Source: Harriotta raleighana
Taxonomy: Eukaryota
Direction: 5' to 3'
Assembly (NCBI GenBank): GCA_050575255.1
Contig: JBNZDD010013693.1
Coordinates: 4,286,857-4,350,856, forward strand
Length of the DNA stretch: 64,000 nucleotides
Below the pieces are notes generated by a model, which had not been told where the DNA came from, ran no database searches, and was given only the letters and a program-made list of their open reading frames with translations. Made by a program: the position numbers and the translations under genes. The first letter of the stretch is position 1, and each line of letters opens with the position of its first letter. Shown piece by piece: positions 44,852 through 59,400 of the stretch.

Positions 44852-47800
44852 GTAATAACATCAAAAATTAATGTTCCACGTGATAATGAGAGCAAGTAGT
44901 GCTTTCACCCTTTTTTTCTCTGCGAAATTGCAATAAATAACCAAATTTGTATTTGTCTTCTTCAATGTTATGCAAAATTTCTCAATGAGAAGATTTTGTC
45001 AGAAGTACTTGATTTATAGAAGTACATCAGTGTACAAGGTACATTGGGAGGACGTCCCAAACTGATTGAGAATTCTGTCTTGGCACCGAGCCAAGAGAGA
45101 TGAGGAGGTAAGACTACCAAAAGCACCCATTGACATGTACGTTAAACAAGTGGAAGGAGCGAGCAAGTGGGAGGGACCTGGGAGTAGAGTACTAGAGAGC
45201 GGGCACCAAGTGGCAACTAGCCAATGGTGAGATAGTTAGATCGATGGATGTGGAGTTGGTTAATGTCAGCCAAGGAAAGGAAAGGGCTGGGTTGGAGTGG
45301 ATGAAAGAGATTGCAGAGGTCAGATGGGGGAAAAAACATGTTGGAATTTAAATGAGAGAACAAGGATCTTGACCTCGATTTGCTGGGGAATGGGGAACCA
45401 ATGTATCCAATCAAGGCTGGGGATGACAGGCTAGTCAGCTTGGTATAGGAGAAGACATGAGCTGCAGAATTCTGGATCATCTATGTAGGGAAGAGCAATT
45501 AAAACAGCAGAGAAATGTAATGAATGTTGTCCTCCACAAGAGGGAGCTCTAACATTTCAGTAGATCAATTGGATATTGATAGACAGGAAGACCAATATCC
45601 AAGAGTTTTATTTTTAACAAGAGTATTCTATCAAGATGCTTGTTCTTTATTTTCTCCTTTGATGATTTAAGCAGGAGCCCGAGGCCCTAGACACAGGGCA
45701 AAGGAGAGGAACTAGTTGAACCTCATTTAAGGAATAATTAGTCGACCAAAGGTTCTTCAGCCTTGACATTGGTTGTCACAGAGGGAACTTTGTAGAGGTA
45801 TAGAGTTTCCAAATGGGACAGAGAAAGATTAAATGGAACAGTGCTTTCAGAAATGCTAGGATAGGACAAGAGGCCATTGGTTCAGGTTTGAGAAGGGCCA
45901 GTTTAGGATGGCTGCCAAGAAGTATTTATTTTACACAGAGGGTAAATAATAGCTGGAATGGCTCACCAAGTAAGGTGGGAGAGGCCAGGACAGTAGACTT
46001 GCTAGCAAAAGTGCTCAGTGCTGTGATGGAAAGATGTGACAGTTGATACTAAACGTAGCAATGTATACCGTAGTAGAAGACCTATTGTTTTACGCCACTG
46101 TTTTTTTCTTCCAAGAAACCATCTCACGATTTTGTCCTTTGCTGATCCTCTCCTTCTGGGTAGGGGAGCTCATTTCCTTGAGCTGAGCTGGCTCCAAAGT
46201 GATGAGTTTGGCAACAGAATGTCAGAACTGTTGGGTTTGGATACTCTTCAGTGTGACAGTGGGTTCTAGCACAATGAGCTGAATGGCTGTCCTTCTGTGC
46301 TGTAAAACTAAATTCTAGGTATCAAACAGCCAGTTGCCCAAAGAATAAAGCCCTCTATTCTAATCCCAATTTTCCCCTCCTTCTCTACTGTTCATCTGCA
46401 TTCCGCCTACAAATATACAGTCAATTCACTTTACAGTATATTCTGTGAAGCGCTTTGGGACTTCGATAAGATATGAAAAGCTACATCAAAATGCAAGGAT
46501 TATTATTGTCTATTATTTCCTTCTCCAATTCTTTCTTAAAAGCCCTAATTTGATTCTGCTAGAACTGCCACCTCTGGTAAATCATTTCCCCACCCCGACA
46601 GCCCTTTGGGAGAAGTCTTTCTGAATCTCCCTTTACTTTCCTCATCACAATCTTTAATTCATGCTCTCATGTCTTCAAATACTTTATTAGCGAGAATAGT
46701 TTTTCAGGATAAATTTTCCCCAATGGCTTCTAATCTAGCATAGCATTCCTCGCCCTTTTTGCTTCACAAGTAGCAGTCCTAACCTCTAGCCTCTCATGGC
46801 TATATCCTTTCATCCTCAGTGTCATCTCCTGGAACAAAGATGAGATTAAATCAGCAAAAAGGTCTTGTTCTTTTGAATCTGTCTTGTGAAGTTCAACTTC
46901 TGGTGCAATGTAATGATCCATTGGTCATAACTTATTTTGGTAAAGGTTGCCATGCACCATTCCCCAGCTGAAGGGAATGCAGTCAGGCAAACGACCTGTT
47001 CATGAGTCTCTGCCAATATTATTCTGTCAGGAACAGCTTGGGGGCACCCTGTGGCTCTACATTAAACTCGGATCGTCCTTCAACTGTTCCCCTCCTTAAA
47101 TATGTTTCTAGTTAACTTGCCATGGCGTTTGTGTCATATTTTTCCATTCCTAAGTAATATTTAAAAACCATTTCTTGCTTGCCAATTTTAGAATGCTTCA
47201 GTTTGCACTTGAGTGTATCATAAAAGGACTCAGTTGCTGATGTTGTTTTTAAGATGGTGTGAGGGATTCAAGGGAGAATATAGAATGCTGTCAAAATATT
47301 CTTGCAGTGCAGGTGGACAGGTGGGAGTAGATGTAAAAACGCTTTAAAATATTTATTTCCACATAATTTATCAATGAGTAATCCGATTTCACGCAGGCTA
47401 GCTACCTTCTTTTTGGAGGATGGGGAAGGGGAGGAAAACCTTCATCAGAAATGGAACTTGGTCTATCAGAATTCAGATGCATTAATGCCAGGATTACACA
47501 TCAAGCTGGCAAACCACAAACATCTTAGCTGTGGGTTGCTACTGAGTCAGTTTGAGGCAGCAGCTGTGGAATGAGATGATCCTCCATTGCTTGCCAACAC
47601 TGATGTGAATGTTTGACAGGTAGCTTGTTAAGCTATCTCTTAAATACAGAGTTGGAGATTCGTCTCCGTAGTTTCTAATATCTTTGAATTCTCAATTTGG
47701 AGTTTTGCTATGATTGTTTTGACAAGTGGAGTGGAGTTGAGTGGAGGCTCTGGTTAGTGGTATGGGAGGCTTGCAATCACAGAGTGCTTGCCATCTACTT

Positions 47801-48646
47801 GGCCAGTGATGACGGGTGCTTTTGAAGAACCAAGAGAAAGTCAAGATTATCTTCCTAATAGTAAAGTGTTGGCCTCTTGTTGGCTGGATGGAAACCTGTA
47901 CAGCTATATATTGTATGGGCCATCTAGGCATGCATTCAATCTCTGAGCTGTGGTAGGTTTGTGCTTAACCAGAATATGTTCAATTGTTCACCTGCTTTGA
48001 TCCTGTGATTGTGAGGTCCTGGAGGCTGGTGTCCATAAAAATATGATTTTTAATGATTTGCCTCAGTGAGTGTGATGGGAAAGTGGAGAGGGAAGGTGAA
48101 GAGTAGATATTTTTTTTAAAAATGCTCACATTGGGTAAGGTCCAAGATCAATGACTCGTGTACCCATGAGGGGCAGCATTTAGGTTCTTCCATTTTGCAC
48201 AGGAAAAACATCAAAATGAAGAGAGAAGATTAGTCTGTCTTGAGTTTTCATTCACCCCTTTAATGGGTACCATTCTCAGGTGGTCCTTCCGAATGTATGA
48301 GCCGAGTGATGGAGAGTACTGGAAAGAGTGAGGGGGTAGGGTAGGTGGAAAACACCTATGTCCTTCCAGGAAGGGTAAATGACCATTGTTATTGTTTCTT
48401 CTCTGGGTTTGGAGAGCGAATGAGAAAGATGCCAAGCCTTTAACACATAGATACATGCATTGACTACTCAAGTGATTTGTAATAAAACTGACATTTATGT
48501 TATCGATCTGGATTTTGCCAAGTTCTGGAATCTAATTCTAAGTGTTTAAAATATTTCAGTAATGGCAAAAGCTCATTGGCTCGAATGGCATTGTAATCAT
48601 CTCAGTAATTGTGATTTCATGTCTTTTGTGCTTGTGTCCGTCTCAG

Positions 48647-48975
48647 ATGTGATTTGGGTGATTCTGAGCGTTGAAGTCGGAGGCCTTTTAGGAGTTACGC
48701 AACAGTTGTCTTCGTTTGAGACAGAATTTTCTTCGCAACCATGTCGCAAGATTGAAGGCAATTTTAACCCTTTCGCCTCGCCGCAGAAAAACAGGCAGTC
48801 TGAAGACAGCATTGTGAAGGACCCCGGGGGCCGAGGTACAAATCCCATTAGTAAAAATACATGGAGCCCAAGTCAAGACCAAAATGAACAAGAGCAAAAT
48901 GGACTGTCGCAGAAATCTGTAAATATCTCACCTAACAGTCACTCTAGCAACTTATCAGTGGTGACTTACAGTCAG
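48647..48975 (+). CDS. ILRUN: ILRUN exon 4
   Basis: tctcag|AT GTG ATT TGG... = (D)VIWVILSVEVGGLLGVTQQLSSFETEF...NFNPFASPQKNRQ...NLSVVTYSQ|gtaaat; 329 nt, ends in phase 0. Confidence 0.96.
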
Positions 48976-51900
48976 GTAAATACAGAATGATTTTTTTCCC
49001 CCCGTTGTCTTGCTTTTCTATTTTTATATTTGTGTGTCAGTTTGATGTAGCGGCTATAGAAATGGGTTTTTCCTGGGGCTGTTCAGGAAATTGAGGGCTG
49101 ACCGTCTTAGGAAACGGAACCTTTCTCACTTTATACCCTGAGCCACCATTGAGGATTCTTCGGTTGGGTCGTACTACAGACGAGGTGCAATTAGGAGCCC
49201 GATTTAAATATATAAAGTCAGAAGCGACTGCTGGATTAACGCTGGTTGAGGCTTCCTTTTTGGTCTGCTGTGAGTTCATTAAATCTGAATTAAGTTTACT
49301 CAGCTCAGTGTAAGATTATTGTCTGCAAAGGCTCTCACAAGGTTCGGAGTGGTGCAGTCTTACAAGTGAGCCAGTGAGCTTTTCCCCTTTTTCCTTATCC
49401 TCTTCTCCTTCCTCCCCCCACCCCCATCCCCCTCTTCCCCCCAAAAATACTAAATTATAGTCAGCTTCTTAATGAAACTTTTTTGAATGCAGTTTTCCTG
49501 AGAGTGGAGTTTGAAATGTGTTTTGCACACATAGCTTTACAATAATACTTGCTTCCAAATGCTGATAGAGATTGAAGAACACAAATGTATGTTAATGGTG
49601 TTCTCTGAATAAAAAAAGGATTATCTCAACTTTTTTGCTTTATTTTTTTTGTTTCACTATATAAGTGTTGTGCCTTTCTCCAGATTGGACTTTTCTTGCT
49701 CTTCCTTTCTCCCAAGGATGGAGGTGGTCGCAGTTCAGTCTCAGTAGCTAATTCAGCATTGGGCAATCCAACACTGGGGACAGTGCACTCACTCCCTCCA
49801 CCTCCCCACCCACATCACCTGGTTTCAGTTTATTTTTCTAAAGTTCTCACAAAGCTCTCCTCCTCCCACCCCCACCGCTCAGGCTCCCAGACAGTTATAT
49901 GCAGCGCTTTGAGACATCCACTCAATATTGACATGAAAGATGCTATATAAGTGTAAATTGTTGTTTTTGCAATCTGGTACCTAACTTTATATTCATATAA
50001 TGGACAATTATGTGTCCTTGAGCACATTTGCAATAACAACAACAAAATTACATTTGTAGAGCGCCTTTCACATAGGGAAGATGTCCCAAGTGTAAACATA
50101 ATGTGTTATCATATGGTGTAGTAACTTTATAATGTTACACAGAGGTAAGTTTATTTTCTCTTGACTTCTAACACTCACAATTCTGTTGCACAGGTGGGAT
50201 CTGTCAGAAATTATCTTAGTCCAGAGAGAAAATATTAGGAAGATCCGAAGTCAATTTTCTGGACTTATAATAACAGGGTGTCACTAGGTGTGAAGGCAAT
50301 ACATGCCCAGAGAAGGCGGATATCTGAGGGCTCCCTACCCACCCACAATAAATGTGCGAGTGAAAATGTTGGCTTGTCATTGTTTGCTGTGAACACTTGT
50401 CACCTAATAGCCCAGTGACTGTCACTGTCCAAGCCCATACATGAGTATTTGGCGAAGTATGAGAGAGGCAGACGTCAGAGGAACTGTATACTAGTCACTG
50501 ACTTGGGGTGTGCGGGGAAAAATAAGATTGAAGGCTCTCTTTTTTTTGCTGGTTGTAGGATTGATACAATACAAAATTACATTTGGATATTGCCTTTCAT
50601 ATCGCAAGGCACCGGACAGTCAGGGATTTGGGACCTGGTGGGGTTTGTGAGATAAGCAATAGTAGGAGGGTGGCCGAAGGCCTGGGGGAAGAGGAGGCTC
50701 TTGAGATGTGCCGTCATGGAGGCAAGAGAGGGAACGAGGCAAATGTGGGATGGGGGTCAAAAGGGTTGGAGTGGAGAGGCTAAAGTCCAGACTGCCGATA
50801 GTAGGTGGCCTGGCAGGGCATATGGTGCAGGCTGGAGCCTATTGAGTGGAGGAAGCAGGCAGATTGATAAAGGGCTAGCAGGTCACAGAGGTCTTGAAGG
50901 TGATGAAAATAAACTAAAAACAATGTTCCTTTGTTTCATTTCCCCCTCATAGTACTGATTGGAAATGTAATATATTCCATTGAAGAACCAGCTATGCTGC
51001 ATTTCTTTTGAGTATTTGTGTGTAGATTTTCCCAAATACCCTTTTAAAACTACTGGCCATTTAGCTCCTGAGTGCCACAGAAGATTGGATGACTGTGGGT
51101 TTGAATTTCCTCAGATAGCTTGCCCAAGTGGTTATTGTTTATGTGAAAGCCGAAATGGTGAGAATTGCCAGGCTGTTTAACTATTGTGGGCATTAAACCA
51201 AGAACCAGTCTCCTCCTCACCTGATTTCAAGAACATTTACTGGTTTGCTATCAACAGTAGCTGGGATTTTGACCCCTTAGCCCTAGTGGCACTGAGGCTA
51301 ATCATATATCATGCTACATACAGCAAGCTTCTGCTTCAGAAGGTAGAAAATTGGCAAAGGTTTTCCAAATCTTTTAAGTGTTAATCCTAGGTGGGCAGGA
51401 GTGGCTTTGATAAACGAGCGAATCACTAACGGATAATAGCCTTATCAGGGTTCTACTTTTTAAAAATTATTTGTTGTGTTGAAGAGCTTTGTAAATTATT
51501 TACTCTGGGCACACACAACGTTCTCTTTGAGCAAAGCATATTCCAGTGAATAGCAAACGCTTTGTGTCTATCCTCATGGGGCAGTGGGTTGGGACGGCAA
51601 GTGGGGTCTCCTTGAGCTGGAGATGAGTTGGACTCTTAAGTAACATGTTTGACAACAGAATTTCAGAATCTGGTCCACCCTGAGTGACAGTCTTGGTTTC
51701 CTTAGGCAGGCGAGTCAGCAGTACTCATTGGAGGGGCATTGCTGCAGACAGATAACAAACAGCCTGGCACATTGGCAGGACTTGGAAGGAACCTACCTGC
51801 TCAGCTCCTATTAAGTGCAAACTAAAGCCTGTGGGTATGGTGGCTGTCAATAACTGGCTATATTCCAACCCAGACTCTAGGGTCCACAAGCCTTGGTTGG

Positions 51901-54900
51901 CACTCACCAACCAGTGCTCAATACTCTCAAGAATTAGGTAAGCATGGAGGGAGTGTATATTCTAATCCAGGCAGAGGGGAAATTCCATGTTTATATGGGC
52001 ATACATATCTATTAGTGAAGCATGGTAACGGATTTCCACATGTGTCAGACATCTGGCGGATCAAAAAAAGTGCCATAATAGAAAGTTGCTTTAACATTGC
52101 AATAGTGCATTGAAATGCATGCTGTATTTTGAAAGCTTTAAGAACTAGTATAAGTAATTTGCACATATTACATCTTGACATAGTCTTTGTCTTTGTTGGC
52201 CTGGGGAGGCAGCTTTGTGACCTCCATGTGAGTGTGTAGTTGGTAGATATCTGAATGCCCTTTTCTATGATACTTGAAGTGAAGTAATCTCTCTTCCAGT
52301 ACCTGATCTTATTGATACATGCCCAGAGAAGGCAGATATCTGAGGGCTGCCCCTTCCCACCCATAGTAATATTCTGTTCCCAATTACAGTGGACAAGGAG
52401 TGGATGTTATGGATATTGGATGTTGAATGTCAATTTCTTTTTAACATTAGAAAAATGGTGATCCAATGATCTTCCCACAAACTTTTGATCGGCACCTAAA
52501 TTGATTCATAACCACTGCCGTTTAATCCGCAGTGAAGCACATCAATCAAAATCAATCAAAATCAATCAATCAAAATCAATCAATCACATGCCAGAACTCT
52601 ACAAATGGGTTCTTCAATAACGTCACCATTAGTCCCTTAAATGTCCCCCAATGGAGCTGTGATTCTACTGGACCTGGTGTGAAATGTACTATGAAAGTCA
52701 TCACCTCAGCAGCCAGGCTCCAATGTGATCTGAGTTGAATCCCATTGATAAATCTGGTTTCTAAGGCACCTTATGTGGCTCTTTGCCTCACAATATAAAC
52801 TTGTCTATAAATTCTCAGCTCTAACTGAGATAAATAATCCTTTTAATTTGCATTTTGCATTTGAGATCCAGATCTTGAAATTGAATGATGTGATTCTGTT
52901 TTCTTTTACTTATGAGTGGCTTTGTAATGTACATATAGAAATAGAAAATTTTAACAGAAGAGTAGACCATCTGTCTTTGCAAGGTCCAACTGATTTTCCA
53001 ATGAAAGTTACTATACATTGCTCCTGGGGTGCAGTATTTATTACACATTGACTATAGTGTAGTACAGCTAGTTTTCTTAATTGACAAAGCAATCTCCAGT
53101 AAAATGTTTAGATTGGTCTCAAACCAATCTCTCTATTCCCGGTGTATTTTGACTCTTTGTTCTGGTCTTGATTTTATGGAGAACCCTTTTTTAAAGACAT
53201 TATTATGTGTTGTAACAGAGTGACTAGCAATTTTTTCTTGAATTATTTTGTTGAAACCTTTCGAACTGCCATGCAGATTTGATGTTATTATGCCCACCAA
53301 ATCCATTCAAAATACCTGTAGTGCTTACCTTAATAAACATTTCCTAAATTGAAATTGACACAAGCTACAGTGGAATCCTTTCATGTAATTTCTCATAACA
53401 TTTTTGTTTGTGGATTCTATCTTTGAACACTTTACTTTACTGTGTGATTGGTTATTGATGGAGGTTTCACAATTCAGCTGCAGAAGACCTCTAAGCACTG
53501 TAACAATTAGAGCTATCACTGTAGCTATCACTTGTAGACTTAGACAATATACATTTCCAAATCGGAAGATCTAGCAGGTGCTATTTGTGACCTGAATGCT
53601 GAACTTTCGCTAATTATTTTTCCTTGATGTTGCATTTGCTTTAAATGAGGGATATATATTTGCTTCAACCAGTGGATCAGGTTGGGTCTGATTTTCTAAT
53701 TTCAGCTATACTGCCAGAGGGAGGTGATGGGGAATAGATACGAAACCAACTTGCATGTAGTGCCTTTCATCCGGGTTAGTGTCCTAGAGCACATGACAGC
53801 GATGGAGACTCCGAGCTAAGGGTGAGAGGGAGGGGGAAGGCGACCATAAGTACAATCAAAAAGGAAGGTCTTTGGGTGGGATTTGAAATTGGGGGGAACA
53901 GAGGTAAGGTGGAGGGATTGAGGGATAGATTTCCAGAGCTTCGGGGCATAGTGGCTGATGGTGGAATGGAGGAGATGAGGGACAAACAGCAGGCCAGAGC
54001 CAGCCAAGTGGATGCAGCAGCATGGAGTACGCAAATCGGATAGGTAGGGATAAGGGTAAGATCTGTGGATAGTAAAATACTGAAGCTCCATGGAGGGAAA
54101 GGAGAGAGAAATTTGGATCTAAGGTATCACCTTGCACACCTCCTAGTGCATAGCTTCCAAGCATAATTGAGAGAATTATTGAACCCTGTTGCTAATCCAT
54201 GATGGACACTCCATTGTAGAGGTGTGTGACCCGGTGTTGTCAATGGGTTTTGTTTCTTGGTTTGAATGAGAATTAAATTTCACAAAATGTACTGAACACC
54301 ACTGAATACCAACCTCCAAACCACAGCGAACAGCTTTGTGATGTACTTCAACAACAAAAAACAACCAAAGAGTGTTAAAGCTTCTGGTTAATTTTATGGC
54401 ACCACATTCTGGGGGACATTATAGACATTTTAATGTGTGAAATAAATGATATCTTGCTGTGGCTGCTTTAAGCACTCAATTTCTAGAAATTCCATTGGTT
54501 CCAATTCACGTTAGTGGGTTGATAATCCATTCAGATTGCACTCGGGATATGAATTATGATTTTTGGTTCTTTTATATGGATAGGTATGTATGCTGTTTAA
54601 TGTCTATTTGATTTTCAGAAGCTATTGGCAAGACCCCTAACTTCTAAATATATCTGAACTTTATACACATCTGTAAAACCCAATTATACTTAACAATTTG
54701 TGGAATCTAGTCATTGTAAATTGCGGTCTAGCACTCATTTCTATGAATTTTTTTCAAAATACATGTTTTTCTCTTAGTTATTTTTGTGTGTTTCTTTGAT
54801 TTGTGCGAGCTTAACTTTACAGAAGTCACAAGAAAATTTGCCGATGAGATAAATCCCACTGATTCCAAATAGGCAGTTAGAATGGCCTCATTATTGCTTC

Positions 54901-55734
54901 CGTAGCTGACTGACTGACCAAAAGATGCAAGGGAAAAATCTTATCATTTTAAGATCTCATAACCTATCCAGAATTTGCTCTGGGGTATGTGAAGAGTTGC
55001 TCAGGGTGACTGTGTCTCTATGGGAGAATGCCTTGGGCCACGGATGGTGTTGGAGCTTCCCAAAGGGTATAAATCCACCTGCAGCCACTGTATTGTCAAC
55101 GAGTACTTTGTGAATTTGCCATCCCTTCACAGCCCCTTTTTCATTCCTTTTATCATGTTGGAGGCTATTCGGATTTCCTATTGGGTTGTTGATGGAGCAT
55201 TGATATTCATTAAGCAAATAAGGTCTGAGTGTGTCTTGAGACTATATTGGGGAAAATAACCTGGGATATATAGCAACTGAGACGAGAGTCATAACAAAGC
55301 CTTTGGAACAATAATGGTTTGAATTCAACAATTGGAGAATTTGTTCTTGTGTCTACCAGGTGACATAGTCAAGCCTAAAAAACTGGCACTCTGAGACAGC
55401 TTAAATTTGAAATGAATTGAACTTTGGTTAAATCTTGAAAGGACCTTGTCTACTTATTGTGGCCTGTAAGATCAGGACAACACTTCCTGCTTGTATCCAC
55501 AATGATACAGGGCCTTGGGGAGGGTGTTCGGGGCAAAGAAATGGAGCCAGATATATTTGCTAGCATTTGGAAGCTTGAATATTTTGCTTTTATTGTAATC
55601 ACCGAGCCCTTCAATACTATAAGGCTTTGTTACAGCCCTGCTTAAATCGGCGCGAAATGCTTAAAAGCTGTGCTTCCCACGCATTTTGGCTGCTGCAAAA
55701 AAGTAATTAACATTTTCACTTTTTCTCTTTCCAG

Positions 55735-55770
55735 GGTTTCCATGGCCCTTATCCCTTTGGTCAGTCTTAA
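55735..55770 (+). CDS. ILRUN: ILRUN exon 5, terminal coding part (GFHGPYPFGQS*)
   Basis: ttttctctttccag|GGT TTC CAT GGC CCT TAT CCC TTT GGT CAG TCT TAA. This matches the conserved ILRUN C-terminus (human GLHGPYPFGQS as recalled) and gives 290 aa in total. Confidence 0.93.
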   Translation, partial: GFHGPYPFGQS

Positions 55771-58700
55771 AACGGGTATTGTCCAGCAGCCTCTGGGGTC
55801 TCAGCGTCACTCTGCAATTTGCTATGGCCCTTTCCCCCCCTTGACCCAACACTGAAAATGATGGCTGTTTGTTACAAAACAATGTATGCATGTGTGAATG
55901 CTAAATTAAAAGAGTGCTCTAATTGTTGAAATAAAACACAATGGATTTTTTAGATGACATTGTCAGATTAATTATGTAGTTAAACACAAAAAAAAGCCAT
56001 GTTCAAATTATTTTGCCTACTGAGCAACTGTAGTTTAAGCAAAAAGGTTTCCAAAAAAATTATTTTGTATTTGTTTGTTCAAAGCATCTTAATTGTTGGA
56101 ATTTTTTCCAGTGCGAGTGTGAGTTTGTTGTAACCCCGCGGAAACCACATGGAGAGAGTGCATGAGTGGAGTAGGATTGTGTGTGAGATGAGTGGAACTC
56201 ACTATAGAATGGGAGCGGTCTGTCTGCACAATCAATTGGAGACTTTTCCATACTGTACAAATGAAGTTTATTATTAAATTAATACTGATGTCTAATCAAG
56301 CTTGTGTCTAATTTTAGAAATCACTTTGTTACAGTCAATGTCAACAAATGAGACACTGTTGACCATTTCCATAATTTTTTTTTTAAATGTGTGTCTCCAG
56401 TTGATTTTCAATTATATTTCAATGTTCACTGAAGAGTTATGCTATGTGATGTGTTCAATGGGATGATTTAATTTCTATTAGGCCATCCCAGGATGTCAAC
56501 TGCTCCTGTATTTGTGGAAAAGCAACCAGTAAATGGTCTCTAAGTCAGTTGGATATCTTATACACTACCATCTTGTCACAGCATCTGTTTAACCTTCCAG
56601 TAATATCTACACTGTTCAAAATTGTCTATTCTACAGTTACCAAGCTGACCAGTAATCATAGCTCATTCTTTCCCATAAATAGTACTTTCCTAGTTATTCC
56701 CTTCTCCCCACCTATTCTGAACCCTTTGTTAGTTTAGGCTGACCCATTCACTGTGGGCTGGTATTCTCTGCCAGTGGCACATGTCCAGGGATTCCACAAA
56801 TCTTATTCATAATGTACAACTCTAGGGTGACTTTTAGTACAGAATGATTTTGAGTTTACTGCAGATACCAGTTCAAGTAAGCAGCATGTTGCCACGTGAG
56901 CTTGATGACTCTTAGGCAATTAGGCAACATGGCTCTAGGTGGTACTAGATTTCCCCAACATTCTTTTTTGATCTTTGGGTGCAAACTTGGGTTTCCTTGT
57001 GGATTCGCAAATTGAGAACCTAGACTGCTCTTGCATGGTTACCAATGGCTGATCATCACCTTCAAATTCCTGCACGCTCTTGCACTGCCCTACCACTGCA
57101 ATTTCCTGTGATCCTACACCCCAGACCTCTGCCGGTGCCGCCCCATTTCATGTCTTCTGCCCTACCATTGTCAAGCAAGCCGGCAGTCCCTTTGCTTCCT
57201 CACACTCTGGAACTCTCCTGAAATTCCTCCCCCTCTGCCCTTCCCTCTGCGCTTTCATATCCCTCCTTGGGCCTCTTTGACTGTGTATTTGGCCGCCTTT
57301 TCCCAGCTTGGGTTCACATATATTCTTTTCCATTTCCCTAACATGAATGTCTCTATATGAAGTGTAAATTGTTGATTGGAGAGTAACTGGGATTTAGAAA
57401 TGATACACGTTCTTGCTTCTGTATTCTATAAATACAAACATTTAGGTATGCGACAGGCTGAAAAATTAAAGCTGGTGTGCTTTCACATGTTTATATGAAG
57501 CTAGGCCGAGACTGCTGCCTGCTTTTATTACAGTATATGGCAGTTCAGTTCTTGAGCATTTAGATGCCTATCGTGTAGAACAAAGGAATGGGGGAGTGGA
57601 CAGGGGGAGTGGACAGAGTGAGCACAGAGTGGCTAGAGACTATAAATAGAAAGTAGACATGAAATGGTTTCTTTAGCATCCCAGTGTATATCTTGTTGCC
57701 CATCACCCTCAGATGATTGCCTCAATTTATAAGTATATATTTTTTTAAATGCTGTCTGGTCTCAGAAATTAAATCAATGATTATGATCTAACCACCATTA
57801 GTGTTACCTTAGTGAAGAGCATTAAGTCCATGGGAAGGAGGGGTGGAGAGGGGGGGGTTAGGGGAGGGACGAAGAATAGGAGAATTGGGATTCTCTCTGG
57901 AAACCAAAATATGAGAGCAGCTATTCATGAAAACTATGCATGCTCTAATGCAACATGTTCGAGACTTTTGAACTAAAATAGTATGTGACCACATTGGAAG
58001 CCAACCCACTTGGAGTGTCCAACCTATTGAGCCAAGGAGCTAGTGGTGACTACGTGCTTAAGTAGGAATAATGGAGGTCTGAATTGGTTGCATGTTTGTA
58101 GAGACTAAATTGATGTACGTGAACATCTGGACTGGGCTTGCAAACTCTAGTGGATCTGAACCAATACTTAGATCATCTTGCCTAGTTTATTAGTTTTTCC
58201 AATGACATTTCATATGCATTCTCTACCAGCCCATCCCCTGCAGTTCGCTTGCTTCCACTTTTTTAGTTCACCCAGCATAGTTTTCATAGGTGAAGTGGTT
58301 TAATCTTTTATTTATCCCATTGCATTGCTTTGTGACTTTGTAGAACATGTCAAAACCTCACCGGCTTGTAGTCAAGGCCACTGTTTGTGTCAGTTTTATT
58401 TCACTCTGTAGGATTCAGTCTGTCAATGATAGAGCGCCATGCAGACCACCATACTCTGTTAAACCTCAGACATTATCCTGCAACCATGAGCACTGGCAAA
58501 GGTGACATTTCACAACCTGCCTTCTGCCTACTGGAAGTGGTTAAAAGTCAACAGTGGAACATATTAATCATAAGCTGGGCCAATAGAAAATTGCACTCAT
58601 GATTGTTTCACAGTTTTTAACGGGGAAAAACTTTTTTCCCAACCCCCTTCAACCAAAACCTGTTCAGATTGTCTTGTGTGTCTCTATCTTTGTCTGTGAA

Positions 58701-59400
58701 TATATCTCTCTGTATATGAGTTTGCCTCGCTGGGTGTGAATGTATGTGTGTGTGTGTGTGGCTCTCTGAGTGTGGACGTGTGTGTCTGTCTCTCTGTCGC
58801 TGTATCTCTGGATGTCTGTGCTTTGGCAGCCCTGTGAGGCAGGAGGTGGTAACCTCTTGCAACCTAGCAGTCAGTGACTGGCGAGCAATGCTGGTGTTCA
58901 ACAAATCTCCACGCCTTCAAATGTAGTGCTGTGTGCCTCTCAATAGCTCTAATCAACTCCCTGCAATTTACAGTTAAATTCATTAAGTTTTCCTGCAATT
59001 TTTAGCAAATATTTCCGCAATTTTCTGTTGGCCCTGGTCTTAATGTGCAATGAGCATGTATCTGAATATAGTCTCAAACTGATATCAAAATTGCATAAAA
59101 CCTCAGTGATATGAATTTAATATTTTATACAGCAGGTTCCACTATTTCTGTTGATGTTGTGCTTTACTCTAGGTGAGCTGTCTTTCAATATAAGTTGCTC
59201 CATTTTAATCCTTGGTCACCATCAATAGAAATAAGTGTGATCGAGTGAATATAAAGAGTGTGTATTGGTAGAGTTTTGTAAGTGTGTTTGATGGTAGAAG
59301 CATATATGTACATTGCTGACTGCTGCACTGATGAACATAAGAAGACTTGGAAATTATTGCAATTAAAGAAATGTTAATTTATAAATTTGTGTGAATAATT
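55771..59400 (+). other. Putative ILRUN 3' UTR, with candidate polyA signals AATAAA 55930-55935 and ATTAAA 59362-59367
   Basis: AT-rich, repeat-poor sequence after the stop codon. The hexamers are seen directly; the true 3' end is inferred. Confidence 0.45.

Noticed and set aside
48976-48990. Alternative ILRUN C-terminus VNTE* by read-through of the exon 4 donor
   Set aside because: A good donor (CAG|GTAAAT) and a conserved exon 5 exist, and nothing in the sequence indicates intronic termination here.
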